A DNA stretch of 42,271 bases from a virus (taxonomy: Duplodnaviria; Heunggongvirae; Uroviricota; Caudoviricetes). The DNA is taken from positions 1 through 42,271 of the IMG/VR virus record IMGVR_UViG_2718218308_000003; one strand, 5' to 3'. The position numbers and the translations under genes were made by a program. This document shows, in pieces, positions 19,577 to 29,280 of the stretch. The notes below the pieces were generated by a model, which saw nothing but the letters and a program-made list of their open reading frames with translations, made no database searches and had not been told where the DNA came from. Numbering within the stretch: position 1 is the stretch's first letter; each line of letters starts with the position of its first letter.

Positions 19577-20806
19577 TCAACCACCAACGCTACCTTTCCC
19601 CACCAGCGCTTTAATGGCAGAGGTGTCTTCCAGGATACAGTCAAAACGATGGAAGGCCAGAAAACCGGTCTGATCATATTCCGCGTAACGCTCAACCAGA
19701 CGTTTAAGAATCATGTATCGCACACGACGGATAATGAAGCGATCAAAGTCACCACAGAACATGAATTTTTTACCCGCCCCGATATCATCAATTTCCTGAT
19801 CAATGACATACGGTACATTCAACACTGAAGCAGGTGCCACACCAACAATATCCGGCAACCATAAAGGGCGTCCCTGACCGTCTTCCATCTCACTGATCAG
19901 TTTCAGCGTATTATCGTTAAACGCCAGGCGGAATTTAGGTCCGCGACGATATGCAGGATCAATGCTGTGTTTCAGAGCCAGAATTTCCTGCCACTTCACC
20001 GCATTTGCCGCGGCAGTCTGTGTTGTGCCGGTCACTGATGCTGCCAGCCCTTTGGGTTGTTTAGGCGTACCAGCCCCCGTCCCCTGAATCAGATAACGGG
20101 CTTCACCACGACCAATACGTTCAGCAATGCGACGGGCAAGATAAGCTTCCATATCGATCGCACTGTCCTGCAGCAACTCATTAGACACACGAATTATTTT
20201 CGATGTCATTTTGAGCGCCCCAAGGCTTCCCATACCGAAATCGGTGTCTTCTTCACCGGCTTCTTCATTTTCGCCCAGCAGAACACCAACTTCGGAAGTA
20301 CCATCAGCTGTTGCCCACTCCATAGTGCGACCGTCAGAAGTGGTAAGAATCTGCGCCACACTGGCGATGCCACCGTAGGATTTCATCTTCTCAACAACTT
20401 TCGCCAGGAATGTTTCTGGTACGGTATATCCGCCCTTTTCATCCTGAGCTACGCCCTGGGCACGAAGTTCACGCAACGCCTTTCGTTCTTCTGATGTCAG
20501 CTCACTGGCACCGTGACGCATCCACTTATCAAAAACCTGAGCTCGTTTCTCATCCTGTTGCGGATTGTTTTCCGGATCAAGATTCTGACGCTGCTCTTCC
20601 TCATTGCTTTCAATGTACGCCTGATCCTGACGACGCAGTTCTTCTTCGCGTGCAATTCGTTCATCAAGCGCTTCCAGTTCGGATTTTGCTTTGTTCCACT
20701 CAGTGCGCTGCTCTTCCGTCCATGCGTTATCACCAATTTTTTCATTCAGGGCGCGCATGTCAGTTGCGATAGTATTACGTTTCTGTTTCAGTTCATGCAG
20801 TTTCAT
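19577..20806 (-). CDS. Major capsid protein, HK97 fold
   Basis: 409-aa protein with an N-terminal coiled-coil delta-like region and a C-terminal HK97-type capsid domain; follows the prohead protease gene. Confidence 0.85.
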   Translation of the reverse strand: MKLHELKQKRNTIATDMRALNEKIGDNAWTEEQRTEWNKAKSELEALDERIAREEELRRQDQAYIESNEEEQRQNLDPENNPQQDEKRAQVFDKWMRHGASELTSEERKALRELRAQGVAQDEKGGYTVPETFLAKVVEKMKSYGGIASVAQILTTSDGRTMEWATADGTSEVGVLLGENEEAGEEDTDFGMGSLGALKMTSKIIRVSNELLQDSAIDMEAYLARRIAERIGRGEARYLIQGTGAGTPKQPKGLAASVTGTTQTAAANAVKWQEILALKHSIDPAYRRGPKFRLAFNDNTLKLISEMEDGQGRPLWLPDIVGVAPASVLNVPYVIDQEIDDIGAGKKFMFCGDFDRFIIRRVRYMILKRLVERYAEYDQTGFLAFHRFDCILEDTSAIKALVGKGSVGG

Positions 20807-20816
20807 GATGTTTCCT

Positions 20817-21419
20817 TTACGCGTTAAGAAGGGTCAGGACGCGTTCACGCGCCATACGTTGATTAATGGCTTTCTGTAGCGCGCCGCTGTTGCGCGCCTC
20901 CTGCCATGCTTTCATGGAGCGAACAGCCGAGTCAGCCTCCTGATAGGCAGGATATGTCACAGGACTGACATCCAGCAGACGGGAAAAGCGGGTTATCTCG
21001 CGAATAACAACCCCGTCCTCATCCTGATACCACTCCTCGCCGTCACGGGCGACACGGAAAGCAAAAGATGACTGGTTAATATCTCCACGTTGCATCGGGG
21101 CCAGCACCAGATCACGAATGGTCTGTGTCTCCGGAGCCTGGATGTCATAGCGCAATCCGCGCTCATCAACTGAAAGATTCAGCGTGCCTGCTGCACTACG
21201 CCCAAGAATAAAATTAGGATCGTGGTTAAACAGTGCGCGTACATCATCACCAAGCACATCGTCAAAAGCGCCGGGCCGGATGATTTCGCGGAATGAACCG
21301 AATATCAGCTCAGAACGACAGTCAAACACCGATCCATAACCGATAATGTGCGCCGGGTTATCGTCATGCCACTCAGCACGCACCTCACCGCTGTAACAAC
21401 GGATTTCACGGTCATTCAT
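20817..21419 (-). CDS. Prohead protease (HK97 family, S78)
   Basis: Conserved protease core (HIIGYGSVFD...). The most plausible start is the ATG at 21419, preceded by a GAGGGA Shine-Dalgarno just after the portal stop; the ORF-track start at 21476 overlaps the portal gene. Confidence 0.7.
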   Translation of the reverse strand: MNDREIRCYSGEVRAEWHDDNPAHIIGYGSVFDCRSELIFGSFREIIRPGAFDDVLGDDVRALFNHDPNFILGRSAAGTLNLSVDERGLRYDIQAPETQTIRDLVLAPMQRGDINQSSFAFRVARDGEEWYQDEDGVVIREITRFSRLLDVSPVTYPAYQEADSAVRSMKAWQEARNSGALQKAINQRMARERVLTLLNA

Positions 21420-22686
21420 TGGTTTTTCCCTCATCGTTTTTTGGGGGCTTAAAATCTCCTGCCGGGTTAGCAGCATTCACGCTTACCAGCATCTCGTCCA
21501 GCCCTTCAACCGGATTCATATCCTCGAATGCGCGGGCCTCATTACGGCTCATCCATCCATCGGTAATAGCGAAGTGATAGAATTGCGCGCGCTCCTGCGG
21601 AGTTCCGCGTAAAAGCCCCGTCAGATTGAACCTGACGTAATACCCGGCGGCTAACTCAGCGCGGGTAAACAAGCGACGGTTAAGCTCCTGCTCCCAGTTC
21701 GTCACCCACGGCATCATCGTGTAGCGGACAAACTGAATCGCCTGCGCAGAAATATTGGAGAAGGTGGCTTTTTCGAGGTCATTAATCATGTGCGCAGGAA
21801 TATTGAAAATACCGGCGATCATTGAACGGTTCAGCTTCATCATGTCAATGATCTGAGCGTCAACTGGCGACACAGTCAGTGCCTTGTAATCCAGATCGGC
21901 TGGCAGCAGCATGGTTTTGTTTTCCTGCCGGCGTAACGCCTGCGATGCCTTCTGCCACTGATCTTTAAGCCAGCCCCAGCTTTCCTTATTGAGTCCGCTT
22001 TTAACGGATACTATCCCCGCCGGACGGGCATTACCGCTGAAGAAGCTTTCTGTGTACTTCTGACCGCTCATCCCCATGCCTATTGTTTCGGCATGTTGCA
22101 TAATCGGACTCAGCCCCATCTTCTGATTATTACCCAGCGCACGGATGTGGATCATATCGTCCGGACTGATCGCAAACGCCCCATATTCGTTGTACAAACC
22201 GTAGGTATATCGGCCACCAGTATTCATCAGCGTCGTTTCCCACGGCATACAGCAATCCAGGGATATGACTTCACCGCGACGATTACGTTTCACCCAGGTA
22301 TACCCATTCCCCCAGCCAAGGATGTGACGTTGCTTCAGTTCGCGCCATTTGTAGCTGGTTTGCCAGGTATTGGGCTCATCATGAACCAGATAAAACGCCG
22401 GATGATCGCGTGCGGGTTCAACCTTCCCCTTGTGCCTGCGCATAACATGCAACGGCATCTGGGCAAGGCTGGAAGACAGGACATAGATACAGGAATACAC
22501 CGCAGCCAGTTTCATCGCAGTCTCAGGACTGACATAAACGTCTGCCCGGAACAGCCCATCAGTATCAACGGCATCCCCGGTTATCGGGGTGGAAGGATTC
22601 TCCAGTGATTTACTTCTGAACAGAGCATCAAGCAGCACGCGTCCCCCTTCTGGCCATAGCCAGTGCGCCCACCAGCAGTAAAGCAC
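21412..22686 (-). CDS. Portal protein (HK97 family)
   Basis: 424 aa; located between the terminase large subunit and the protease, in canonical order. Confidence 0.8.
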   Translation of the reverse strand: MLYCWWAHWLWPEGGRVLLDALFRSKSLENPSTPITGDAVDTDGLFRADVYVSPETAMKLAAVYSCIYVLSSSLAQMPLHVMRRHKGKVEPARDHPAFYLVHDEPNTWQTSYKWRELKQRHILGWGNGYTWVKRNRRGEVISLDCCMPWETTLMNTGGRYTYGLYNEYGAFAISPDDMIHIRALGNNQKMGLSPIMQHAETIGMGMSGQKYTESFFSGNARPAGIVSVKSGLNKESWGWLKDQWQKASQALRRQENKTMLLPADLDYKALTVSPVDAQIIDMMKLNRSMIAGIFNIPAHMINDLEKATFSNISAQAIQFVRYTMMPWVTNWEQELNRRLFTRAELAAGYYVRFNLTGLLRGTPQERAQFYHFAITDGWMSRNEARAFEDMNPVEGLDEMLVSVNAANPAGDFKPPKNDEGKTNE

Positions 22687-22785
22687 CGGACAAAATCAGA
22701 GCCGGAGCCATACCAAACTGCAGGTAAACCCCGCACGTAAGCAGGCCAAAACCAGCCAGCCCGATAACATCAGCAATTAGTGATT

Positions 22786-24519
22786 TCATAGAATTAAGAG
22801 ATCATCGTCCGGATCAAGAGATGAGAGGAAATCGTCAGGTTCTTTGAGCATTGCCCGACCGATCGTCATAATCAGTGCAACCGCACCATCGATTTTGTTT
22901 TCCGCCTGCTCCTTGACGGGCTTCACTAAATCATCGTTACCTGGCATGTTTTTGCCGACCACATTGCCGATACACCAGGTCATGATGGGATTGCCGTCAT
23001 GATGAAAGCGTCCCGATTCAATCGCTGCTTCCAGCTCTTTCATCGGATCGGACATATTGGCGAAGTTCTGGACAATAGTGACGGGATTCAGATCTTCATC
23101 AGCAAGGTCATGTGACAGCCCGGTCGCCCCGAAGGGGTCGATGGGTGACTCACTGACCGGGCTGATTTTGTTCGCCGCTTTGGCCTCTTCGAGGATGTAG
23201 CGATAATCCACCTCTGCACCATCGGTAACGGTCAGGACGCCCATTTCCACCCATTTCTGAAAGCGTTCGGCTGTCCGTCTATCTTCATTTTTCTCGACGC
23301 TGTACACCGTGTCATACGGTACCCAGAAGCGCGGGGCCACACTGTAGTAATGCGTTTTACCGTCAATCTCGCGGGTATAAAGTCGCGCCATGCTGTTCAT
23401 ATCCAGCTTACGCGCCAGGTCAAAGGCCAGAATGCACGGCTGCCCCTCGAACTGCTCAAGGGTCAGTGATTTATCCTCGCAGCTCTGCCAGCTCACCAGG
23501 TTGAAATACGCCGAACGTGCCGACACCCAGATATTGAGGTGTTTTGTTTTAAAGACGTTTGCCAGACGGGCGTTATTTTTCGCACGCTGCTGCTGACTTA
23601 ACAAAAATTCGCGATAAACCGACACGCCAATATTTGGATTGGCTTTTTCCAGCACCTGCGGGTCGGTCCAGTCGTCACCTTCATCAACGGTATAGATGAT
23701 CCCGAACAGTTCATCGTTAGGCACCGAGCCGTTGAGCATCTCGATGACTTCCCGCCGCTTGTCGTAGCACGGCCCCTCAATGTTGTACCCGGCGGTGGTG
23801 ATGGCCCACATCAGTGGCTGACGTCGCGCCCCCATCCCGGTAAGCATTGTGGTATAAAGCGCATCGGTGGCATGCTCGTGATATTCATCAACCACGGCAC
23901 AGTGGGGTGATGAACCATCACCGGGGTTGCCGATCAGCGGTTCAAACCGCGCGCCATCCTCCGGACGGTTCATGTTTGAGGCGTTAACCTCAATCCCGAA
24001 CGCTTCCGTCAGCATGGGTGTGCGTTTACACATCAGTCGCGCCGGGCGAAAGACTTCCCACGCCTGTTTCTCTGTCGTGGCACCGGAATACACTTCCGCG
24101 CCAAACTCGTTATCACAGGCAAAACAATACAGGGCAACACCGGCAGAGATTGCTGATTTGCCGTTCTTACGGGGGATTTCGGTATACACCTCCCGGAAGC
24201 GGCGCAACCGGGTGCCTTTATTGACCCAGCCAAACGCACAGCAGATCACAAATAGCTGCCACGGCTCCAGCGTGATGGGCATCCGTTTGAATGCCCACTC
24301 ACCCTTGGTGTGCGGCAACAGCTGAATAAATTTCGCGGCCCGTTCAGCCAGGTCCTTGTCGAAGCGGTAACGAAACGACTTACTTTTTTCCGCCATCAGG
24401 TCATCAAGATGGCGCTGGCAGGCCTGAATCACAAACTGGCAGGCAACAATCTTTCCGCGCACGACATCCCGGGCATACTGATTTGCAGCATTTACGTTGG
24501 GGTAAGATTTCCGGCTCAT
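22786..24519 (-). CDS. Terminase large subunit
   Basis: 577-aa protein with an N-terminal ATPase region and a C-terminal nuclease region (acidic residues, ...VDEYHEH...). Follows the small subunit with a 4-bp overlap. Confidence 0.9.
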   Translation of the reverse strand: MSRKSYPNVNAANQYARDVVRGKIVACQFVIQACQRHLDDLMAEKSKSFRYRFDKDLAERAAKFIQLLPHTKGEWAFKRMPITLEPWQLFVICCAFGWVNKGTRLRRFREVYTEIPRKNGKSAISAGVALYCFACDNEFGAEVYSGATTEKQAWEVFRPARLMCKRTPMLTEAFGIEVNASNMNRPEDGARFEPLIGNPGDGSSPHCAVVDEYHEHATDALYTTMLTGMGARRQPLMWAITTAGYNIEGPCYDKRREVIEMLNGSVPNDELFGIIYTVDEGDDWTDPQVLEKANPNIGVSVYREFLLSQQQRAKNNARLANVFKTKHLNIWVSARSAYFNLVSWQSCEDKSLTLEQFEGQPCILAFDLARKLDMNSMARLYTREIDGKTHYYSVAPRFWVPYDTVYSVEKNEDRRTAERFQKWVEMGVLTVTDGAEVDYRYILEEAKAANKISPVSESPIDPFGATGLSHDLADEDLNPVTIVQNFANMSDPMKELEAAIESGRFHHDGNPIMTWCIGNVVGKNMPGNDDLVKPVKEQAENKIDGAVALIMTIGRAMLKEPDDFLSSLDPDDDLLIL

Positions 24520-25019
24520 GATTCGATAATTTTCAGAAACGGGTTAGTGGCTTTCTTCTGCCCCGCCAGGCCAATCAGACGCTGGCGGCTGCTGGGGTCG
24601 AGTCCGAGCATTGCCCCCGTACTGCTCATCTCGGACTCCTGTTCTTTTTTGGCGGTCAGCTCCGGATTTTTGACCATGCCGCCCATTGCACCGGTGATGG
24701 TGTTGCCCTGTCTGGCAATATTTTTCACAGCACGTCGCCAGAACTCATAGGCTACGCACCACCGCTCAAGCACTGCGAGGTCAGTCACGCACAGCAGGCC
24801 CTGACCGCAGAGTTCTTTGGTTGTCAGTTGCCACATGATCGTGGCGAGAGGGAGCTCTTCTTCAGCGAACCACTCCGGTGGCTCAACACCTTTGATGGGC
24901 GTAAAAACGGGTTCATCTTTGTTCAGGGCTCGCTTGCCGGGGTTTCCGGCCAGCGCCTTGCGCGCCGTTGGCTTGGGGCGACGCCCGGAACGCCCCGCCG
25001 TTCCAGCCATATGCGGCAC
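24516..25019 (-). CDS. Terminase small subunit (P27 family)
   Basis: 167 aa with a basic N-terminus; immediately upstream of and overlapping the large subunit gene. Confidence 0.7.
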   Translation of the reverse strand: MPHMAGTAGRSGRRPKPTARKALAGNPGKRALNKDEPVFTPIKGVEPPEWFAEEELPLATIMWQLTTKELCGQGLLCVTDLAVLERWCVAYEFWRRAVKNIARQGNTITGAMGGMVKNPELTAKKEQESEMSSTGAMLGLDPSSRQRLIGLAGQKKATNPFLKIIES

Positions 25020-25136
25020 TCCTGGTTAAATTTCATTTTTCGCGGGTATAAAAAAACGATGGGGCGGGCAGTCCGGAAGACGTCAGGTCACAGGGATTTG
25101 ACCCGCCCCTCCCCCACAGACAGTTGAGAATTATTA

Positions 25137-25487
25137 TCACTTTAACCGTTCACGGGCCGTCTTCGCCTTATGACACGGCCAGCACAGACTCTGCAGATTA
25201 CTGTCTGCATCAGTGCCGCCATGCGCTTTAGGGATGATGTGGTCAACGGTTTTCGCCTCACGCACCACACCGGCACGCAGACATAACTGACACAGGCCTT
25301 TGTCACGCTTCAGTACACGTTCACGGATAGCATCCCATTTCGAACCGTAGCCGCGCTGATGACGGGATTGTCCTGGCTTGTATTGCTTCCAGCCTTCGCT
25401 TTTGTGGCTTTCGCAGTAGCCTGACGGGTCTGTGGTGGTATGGCGGCAGCCACGAACACGGCAGGCTTTTGGGATTCGTGATGGCAT
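25137..25487 (-). CDS. HNH endonuclease (terminase-associated, HK97 gp74-like)
   Basis: Cys-rich zinc-finger plus an H-N-H core (DHIIPKAHGGTDADSNLQSLCWPCH). The start is taken as the internal ATG at 25487 (MPSRIPKACRVRGC...); the ORF-track start at 25586 is less likely. Confidence 0.7.
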   Translation of the reverse strand: MPSRIPKACRVRGCRHTTTDPSGYCESHKSEGWKQYKPGQSRHQRGYGSKWDAIRERVLKRDKGLCQLCLRAGVVREAKTVDHIIPKAHGGTDADSNLQSLCWPCHKAKTARERLK

Positions 25488-26012
25488 ATGTACTCCAATG
25501 AAGAAGCCACCGACATAGCCTCCTCCATTCATCGTGAAACTATTTTCATCTACCCAGTAATGAATTCTTTGTAGAGTTGTGATCAATACAACTCACTAAT
25601 GGAGAGGCTTGTCCAACACGTTGGACAAGTTTCCTGTTTGATTTACTGGACACTATAGAAGGACAGAATGCCTTCATCACTCGAATAACATCAATTAAGG
25701 AGGTTCAACATGTTTCATTCCACAAATCATCAGGCTGTAATTATGGCTGCATCAGCTTGTGCCACAGACCTTTTCCGCTTCACTTTAAGCCTGATTCATT
25801 TCTACCTGACCGGCTCGCCTCTATCTTTTTAATCCCCGCTTTATCCAAATTGCATTGCCAGAATGCCGACAACAGACTGACATTCAAATCCTGACTACCT
25901 CCAATAGTCTGACCGTACACCTATATAGTTTTAATTTTCATCAATCCATTTAACTATCGTTTAATTGTTGTCACATAGGATTCTGCCGTTTTTAACAATG
26001 CAGGATAATAAG

Positions 26013-26306
26013 ATGAAAAAAATGTTGTTTTCTGCCGCTCTGGCAATGCTTATTACAGGATGTGCTCAACAGACGTTTACTGTTGGAAACAAACCGACAG
26101 CAGTAACACCAAAGGAAACCATCACCCATCATTTCTTCGTTTCGGGAATTGGACAGGAGAAAACTGTTGATGCAGCCAAAATTTGTGGCGGCGCAGAAAA
26201 TGTGGTTAAAACAGAAACCCAGCAAACATTCGTAAATGGATTGCTCGGTTTTATTACTTTAGGCATTTATACTCCGCTGGAAGCACGTGTGTATTGCTCA
26301 CAATAA
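26013..26306 (+). CDS. bor: Bor-family outer-membrane lipoprotein (lambda Bor / Iss-like serum-resistance protein)
   Basis: 97-aa protein MKKMLFSAALAMLITGCAQQTFTV... with a lipobox (LITGC); it closely matches lambda Bor as I recall it. It sits antisense between the lysis genes and the packaging genes, as in lambda. Confidence 0.85.
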   Translation: MKKMLFSAALAMLITGCAQQTFTVGNKPTAVTPKETITHHFFVSGIGQEKTVDAAKICGGAENVVKTETQQTFVNGLLGFITLGIYTPLEARVYCSQ

Positions 26307-26337
26307 TTGCATGAGTTGCCCATCGATATGGGCAGCT

Positions 26338-26799
26338 CTATCTGCACTGCTCATTAATATACTTCTGGGTTCCTTCCAGTTGTTTTTGCATAGTGATCAG
26401 CCTCTCTCTGAGGGTGAAATAATCCCGTTCAGCGGTGTCTGCCAGTCGGGGGGAGGCTGCATTATCCATGCCGGAGGCGGTGGTGGCTTCACGCACTGAC
26501 TGACAGACTGCTTTGATGTGCAACCGACGACGACCAGCGGCAACATCATCACGCAGAGCATCATTTTCAGCTTTCGCATCAGCTAACTCCTTCGTGTATT
26601 TTGCATCGAGCGCAGCAACATCACGCTGGCGCACCTGCATGTCAGTAATTGTCGAGTTCGCCAGCTTCAGTTCTCTGGCATTTTTGTCGCGCTGGGCTTT
26701 GTAGGTAATGGCGTTATCGCGGTAATGATTAACAGCCCATGACAAGCAGACGATGATGCAGATAACCAGAGCGGAGATAATCGCGGTTACTCTGCTCAT
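26338..26799 (-). CDS. rz: Rz i-spanin (inner-membrane spanin component)
   Basis: 153 aa with an N-terminal transmembrane helix and a coiled-coil periplasmic domain; directly downstream of the endolysin gene. Confidence 0.8.
   Translation of the reverse strand: MSRVTAIISALVICIIVCLSWAVNHYRDNAITYKAQRDKNARELKLANSTITDMQVRQRDVAALDAKYTKELADAKAENDALRDDVAAGRRRLHIKAVCQSVREATTASGMDNAASPRLADTAERDYFTLRERLITMQKQLEGTQKYINEQCR
26397..26579 (-). CDS. rz1: Rz1 o-spanin (outer-membrane lipoprotein) embedded in rz in the +1 frame
   Basis: 60-aa ORF wholly inside rz, with a signal peptide, a lipobox (VVGC) and a proline-rich mature region ([15 protein letters not shown]). Confidence 0.75.
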   Translation of the reverse strand: MRKLKMMLCVMMLPLVVVGCTSKQSVSQCVKPPPPPAWIMQPPPDWQTPLNGIISPSERG

Positions 26800-27272
26800 A
26801 CCTCAATCTCTCTGACCGTTCCGCCTGCTTCTTTGAATTTTGCAATCAGGCTGTCAGCCTTATGCTCGAACTGACCATAACCAGCGCCCGGCAGTGAAGC
26901 CCAGATATTGCTGCAACGGTCAATTGCCTGACGAATATCACCGCGATCAATCATCGGTAAAGCGCCACGCTCCTTAATCTGCTGCAATGCCACAGCGTCC
27001 TGGCTTTTCGGAGAGAAGTCTTTCAGAGCAAGCTGCTTACGATAAGCATCCCACCAGCGTGAAAGAAGCTGATAACGTCCGGCGGCTGTTGATTTTAGTT
27101 TTGGGTTTAGTGTGACAAGTTTGCGAGGATGATCGGAGTAATCAGTAAATAGCTCTCCGCCTACAATGACGTCATAACCATGATTTCTGGTTTTCTGCCG
27201 TCCGTTATCCGTTCCTTCTGACCATGCCACCATATCGAGGAAAGCTTTACGCTGGGAATTTAGTGCCTGCAT
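26796..27272 (-). CDS. Endolysin, lambda R-type lytic transglycosylase
   Basis: The 158-aa protein is near-identical in pattern to lambda R as I recall it ([43 protein letters not shown]...). Confidence 0.85.
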   Translation of the reverse strand: MQALNSQRKAFLDMVAWSEGTDNGRQKTRNHGYDVIVGGELFTDYSDHPRKLVTLNPKLKSTAAGRYQLLSRWWDAYRKQLALKDFSPKSQDAVALQQIKERGALPMIDRGDIRQAIDRCSNIWASLPGAGYGQFEHKADSLIAKFKEAGGTVREIEV

Positions 27273-27275
27273 AAA

Positions 27276-27602
27276 TTACTCCTTCGAGCTACCAAATTTG
27301 TTACCGATTACTCGCATTGCAGCCCCACGAATTGCATCGACACCAATCAGCCCAACACCGCCACCAATGGCAACAGAAAGAGATTTAGGCCATCCGACAT
27401 ACTCAAGAGCGGATGCAAAAGTCAGCGTCAGAGCACCACAGAGCAAAATCTCGAGCGTTTTTCGCTTCCACCCACCACCACCGCCAAAATAGGCAATGCG
27501 CAATCCAGCCATAACAATCGACATAATCACTGCGCCCAGTGGTGTGTCTCCACGCCACCAGCTCTGGACCAACTCCAGCCAGGTATTTGGGTTATGAGGC
27601 AT
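27276..27602 (-). CDS. Holin (lambda S-like, class I)
   Basis: 108-aa protein with three predicted transmembrane segments and a charged C-terminus, immediately upstream of the endolysin gene. Confidence 0.7.
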   Translation of the reverse strand: MPHNPNTWLELVQSWWRGDTPLGAVIMSIVMAGLRIAYFGGGGGWKRKTLEILLCGALTLTFASALEYVGWPKSLSVAIGGGVGLIGVDAIRGAAMRVIGNKFGSSKE

Positions 27603-27744
27603 TTGTAGTTATCTCTCACCTCGCTGAAACAGCAGGTGCAAATTGAGGGAACATCATGTACCGCAAATCAGAAGCGGAAACGTCAAAGAAGCCGAACCAA
27701 TGGATAACTGCGGAATAGGCCTAGACCAACGAATCCCCAGCCCC

Positions 27745-27776
27745 AGAAACGACAAAACCCGCTCGATGGCGGGTTT
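27745..27776 (-). terminator. Rho-independent terminator on the late-transcript strand upstream of the holin gene (candidate tR'-like attenuator)
   Basis: Hairpin AAACCCGC/GCGGGTTT (27755-27776); on the minus strand it is followed by TTTTGTCGTTTC. Confidence 0.45.
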
Positions 27777-27895
27777 AAGCTGTGTGGCGAAGTAACCACT
27801 CTTAACACGATACAATTTTTTTTGCGTACGCGTTAGTTTTTTATTACTTTACTTTTTGATACTATCGGCGTGGTTACAAACAAGGAGAACAGCAA

Positions 27896-28158
27896 TGAGT
27901 AACTACTTGGAAGTTAAGAGAAAAATTGGTCAATATGCATGTGTTACTCGGTGGGGTTTTCCCTGTGCCGAGCGTGAAATCACTTTGATACAAAATGACA
28001 TTAACTCCGCGATTCAAAGTGGTAAAGTTATAAGTCGTAGCATGCTCCAAGGCATTATCAGCCGTCATGTTCCCAATACCCATTTCTTAATCACCGACAG
28101 TGTGGACAACTCTGATCTTAACACTGCATTAAGAATGCTGGCGCCAAAACAAAAATGA
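27896..28158 (+). CDS. Hypothetical small soluble protein (87 aa), first gene of an antisense cargo cassette
   Basis: The ATG at 27896 is preceded by AAGGAGAA. AT-rich. Its stop overlaps the start of the next ORF (28155), which suggests translational coupling. Confidence 0.45.
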
Positions 28159-28895
28159 ATAATGATGTGTTTCAGATCAGCCCCGACGAAGTAACGTCGG
28201 AGCTGATTTCTGCAAAGGAAAGATTTTTACGTGGTATTCAGCCATACTTGTGTAATGGTATATCAAACCTTGCTGACCTACATGAAATTCAGCAGCATGC
28301 TTCAAAATATTTTAATACCGCTGTTAAATTAGTTCAAAAAGTAGATTTATGTAAACTGGATGACAATAAGACATTTGCCATTTCCTTAGTTGGAGACTGT
28401 CGAGCGGTTCTGGAAACTTATTTAGAATACTACGACATGATGGTGTCAAACATTAAATGCCTAGAAATTGATCCAAACAATATTGTACTGTATAGCAAAG
28501 ATGGTCTATCAAACCTCCAAAGAATCATTAAAAAGTATTCATCAAAAGATATTTACACACCTATTATTGCTGAATTTGAGTCTCGAAATTTGCCAATCGA
28601 TGGATTTACTATAGGCACACCAATGAATTGGAAATTAATTGTCACTGCCATTATTGGATTTTTAAGTTTTTGTATTTTTTTATCAATTACGCTGCTAATA
28701 CCAGATTTGAATGAATTTCAAAAGAAAATGATTTTCTCTTTATATTTCATGAGTGCGGCCGTTGGAATCTCGCCATTCATTGCAAATAATATAAAGGTCA
28801 ATGGGAAGATGGCATTTCGTGGTTCGGAATTCAAAGTATCTGCTGTTGGTGGTTTAGCAGCATTGATTGTTTCTTTCATCATCCAAGTAATTTAG
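28155..28895 (+). CDS. Hypothetical protein (246 aa) with a soluble N-terminal domain and two or three C-terminal transmembrane helices; candidate effector or superinfection-exclusion protein
   Basis: Hydrophobic segments LIVTAIIGFLSFCIFLSITLLIP, MIFSLYFMSAAVGISPFIA and AVGGLAALIVSFIIQVI in the C-terminal third. AT-rich codon usage. Antisense to the phage late operon. Confidence 0.55.
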   Translation: MNNDVFQISPDEVTSELISAKERFLRGIQPYLCNGISNLADLHEIQQHASKYFNTAVKLVQKVDLCKLDDNKTFAISLVGDCRAVLETYLEYYDMMVSNIKCLEIDPNNIVLYSKDGLSNLQRIIKKYSSKDIYTPIIAEFESRNLPIDGFTIGTPMNWKLIVTAIIGFLSFCIFLSITLLIPDLNEFQKKMIFSLYFMSAAVGISPFIANNIKVNGKMAFRGSEFKVSAVGGLAALIVSFIIQVI

Positions 28896-28897
28896 CA

Positions 28898-28917
28898 AAG
28901 AGGCCCTAAGGCCTCTT
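28898..28917. terminator. Stem-loop in the 26-bp gap between the convergent cassette and Q genes (possible bidirectional terminator)
   Basis: AAGAGGCC-CTAA-GGCCTCTT, a perfect 8-bp stem; weak T tracts on both sides. Confidence 0.4.
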
Positions 28918-28921
28918 ATAA

Positions 28922-29278
28922 TCATAGCATTGATAGCACACCACTAACAAAACCTAATGCTGTTTGCATATCTTTTCTAATTGTCCCATCAGAACACTTA
29001 CGCTTCTTCGCAATGGTGCGTAATGAAATACCAATAACAAAGTGGGCAATAACTAACTCATATTCTTCTTGTTTATATTTACGTAACCGTGCGACACAAC
29101 CGTCTATCATGATCCCTTCATCATCATCACACTGGAGGCGAGACTTTTTGCCATGAGGTAAAAGCCCCTTGAAGCCTGCAGCTATCGGTTGCCAGTCCAC
29201 ACCACTGTTATCTGCTGCCGCCCATGCTCCCCAGCGGTCCAAAACTTCATACATATCACGCATCAACCTTCTCCACAA
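28922..29278 (-). CDS. Late-gene antiterminator Q
   Basis: 118-aa protein with motifs I associate with the phage antitermination Q family (LDRWGAWAA, IAAGFKGLL, QCDDDEG); located upstream of the lysis genes. Confidence 0.65.
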   Translation of the reverse strand: MWRRLMRDMYEVLDRWGAWAAADNSGVDWQPIAAGFKGLLPHGKKSRLQCDDDEGIMIDGCVARLRKYKQEEYELVIAHFVIGISLRTIAKKRKCSDGTIRKDMQTALGFVSGVLSML

Positions 29279-29280
29279 AA

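Noticed and set aside
8031-24750. Numerous 60-196-aa ORFs antisense to or overlapping the structural genes (for example 10043..10501, 17754..18344, 20057..20494, 22093..22608, 24310..24750)
   Set aside because: They lie within or opposite long, contiguous, translationally coupled structural genes, and have Arg/Pro/Cys-rich composition typical of out-of-frame reading of GC-rich coding DNA.
25598-25619. Perfect hairpin CTTGTCCAA-CACG-TTGGACAAG in the bor/HNH divergent intergenic region as a terminator
   Set aside because: Both flanking genes are transcribed away from it and there is no U-tract on the relevant strands. It may be an operator or packaging-related site, but I could not support a specific role.
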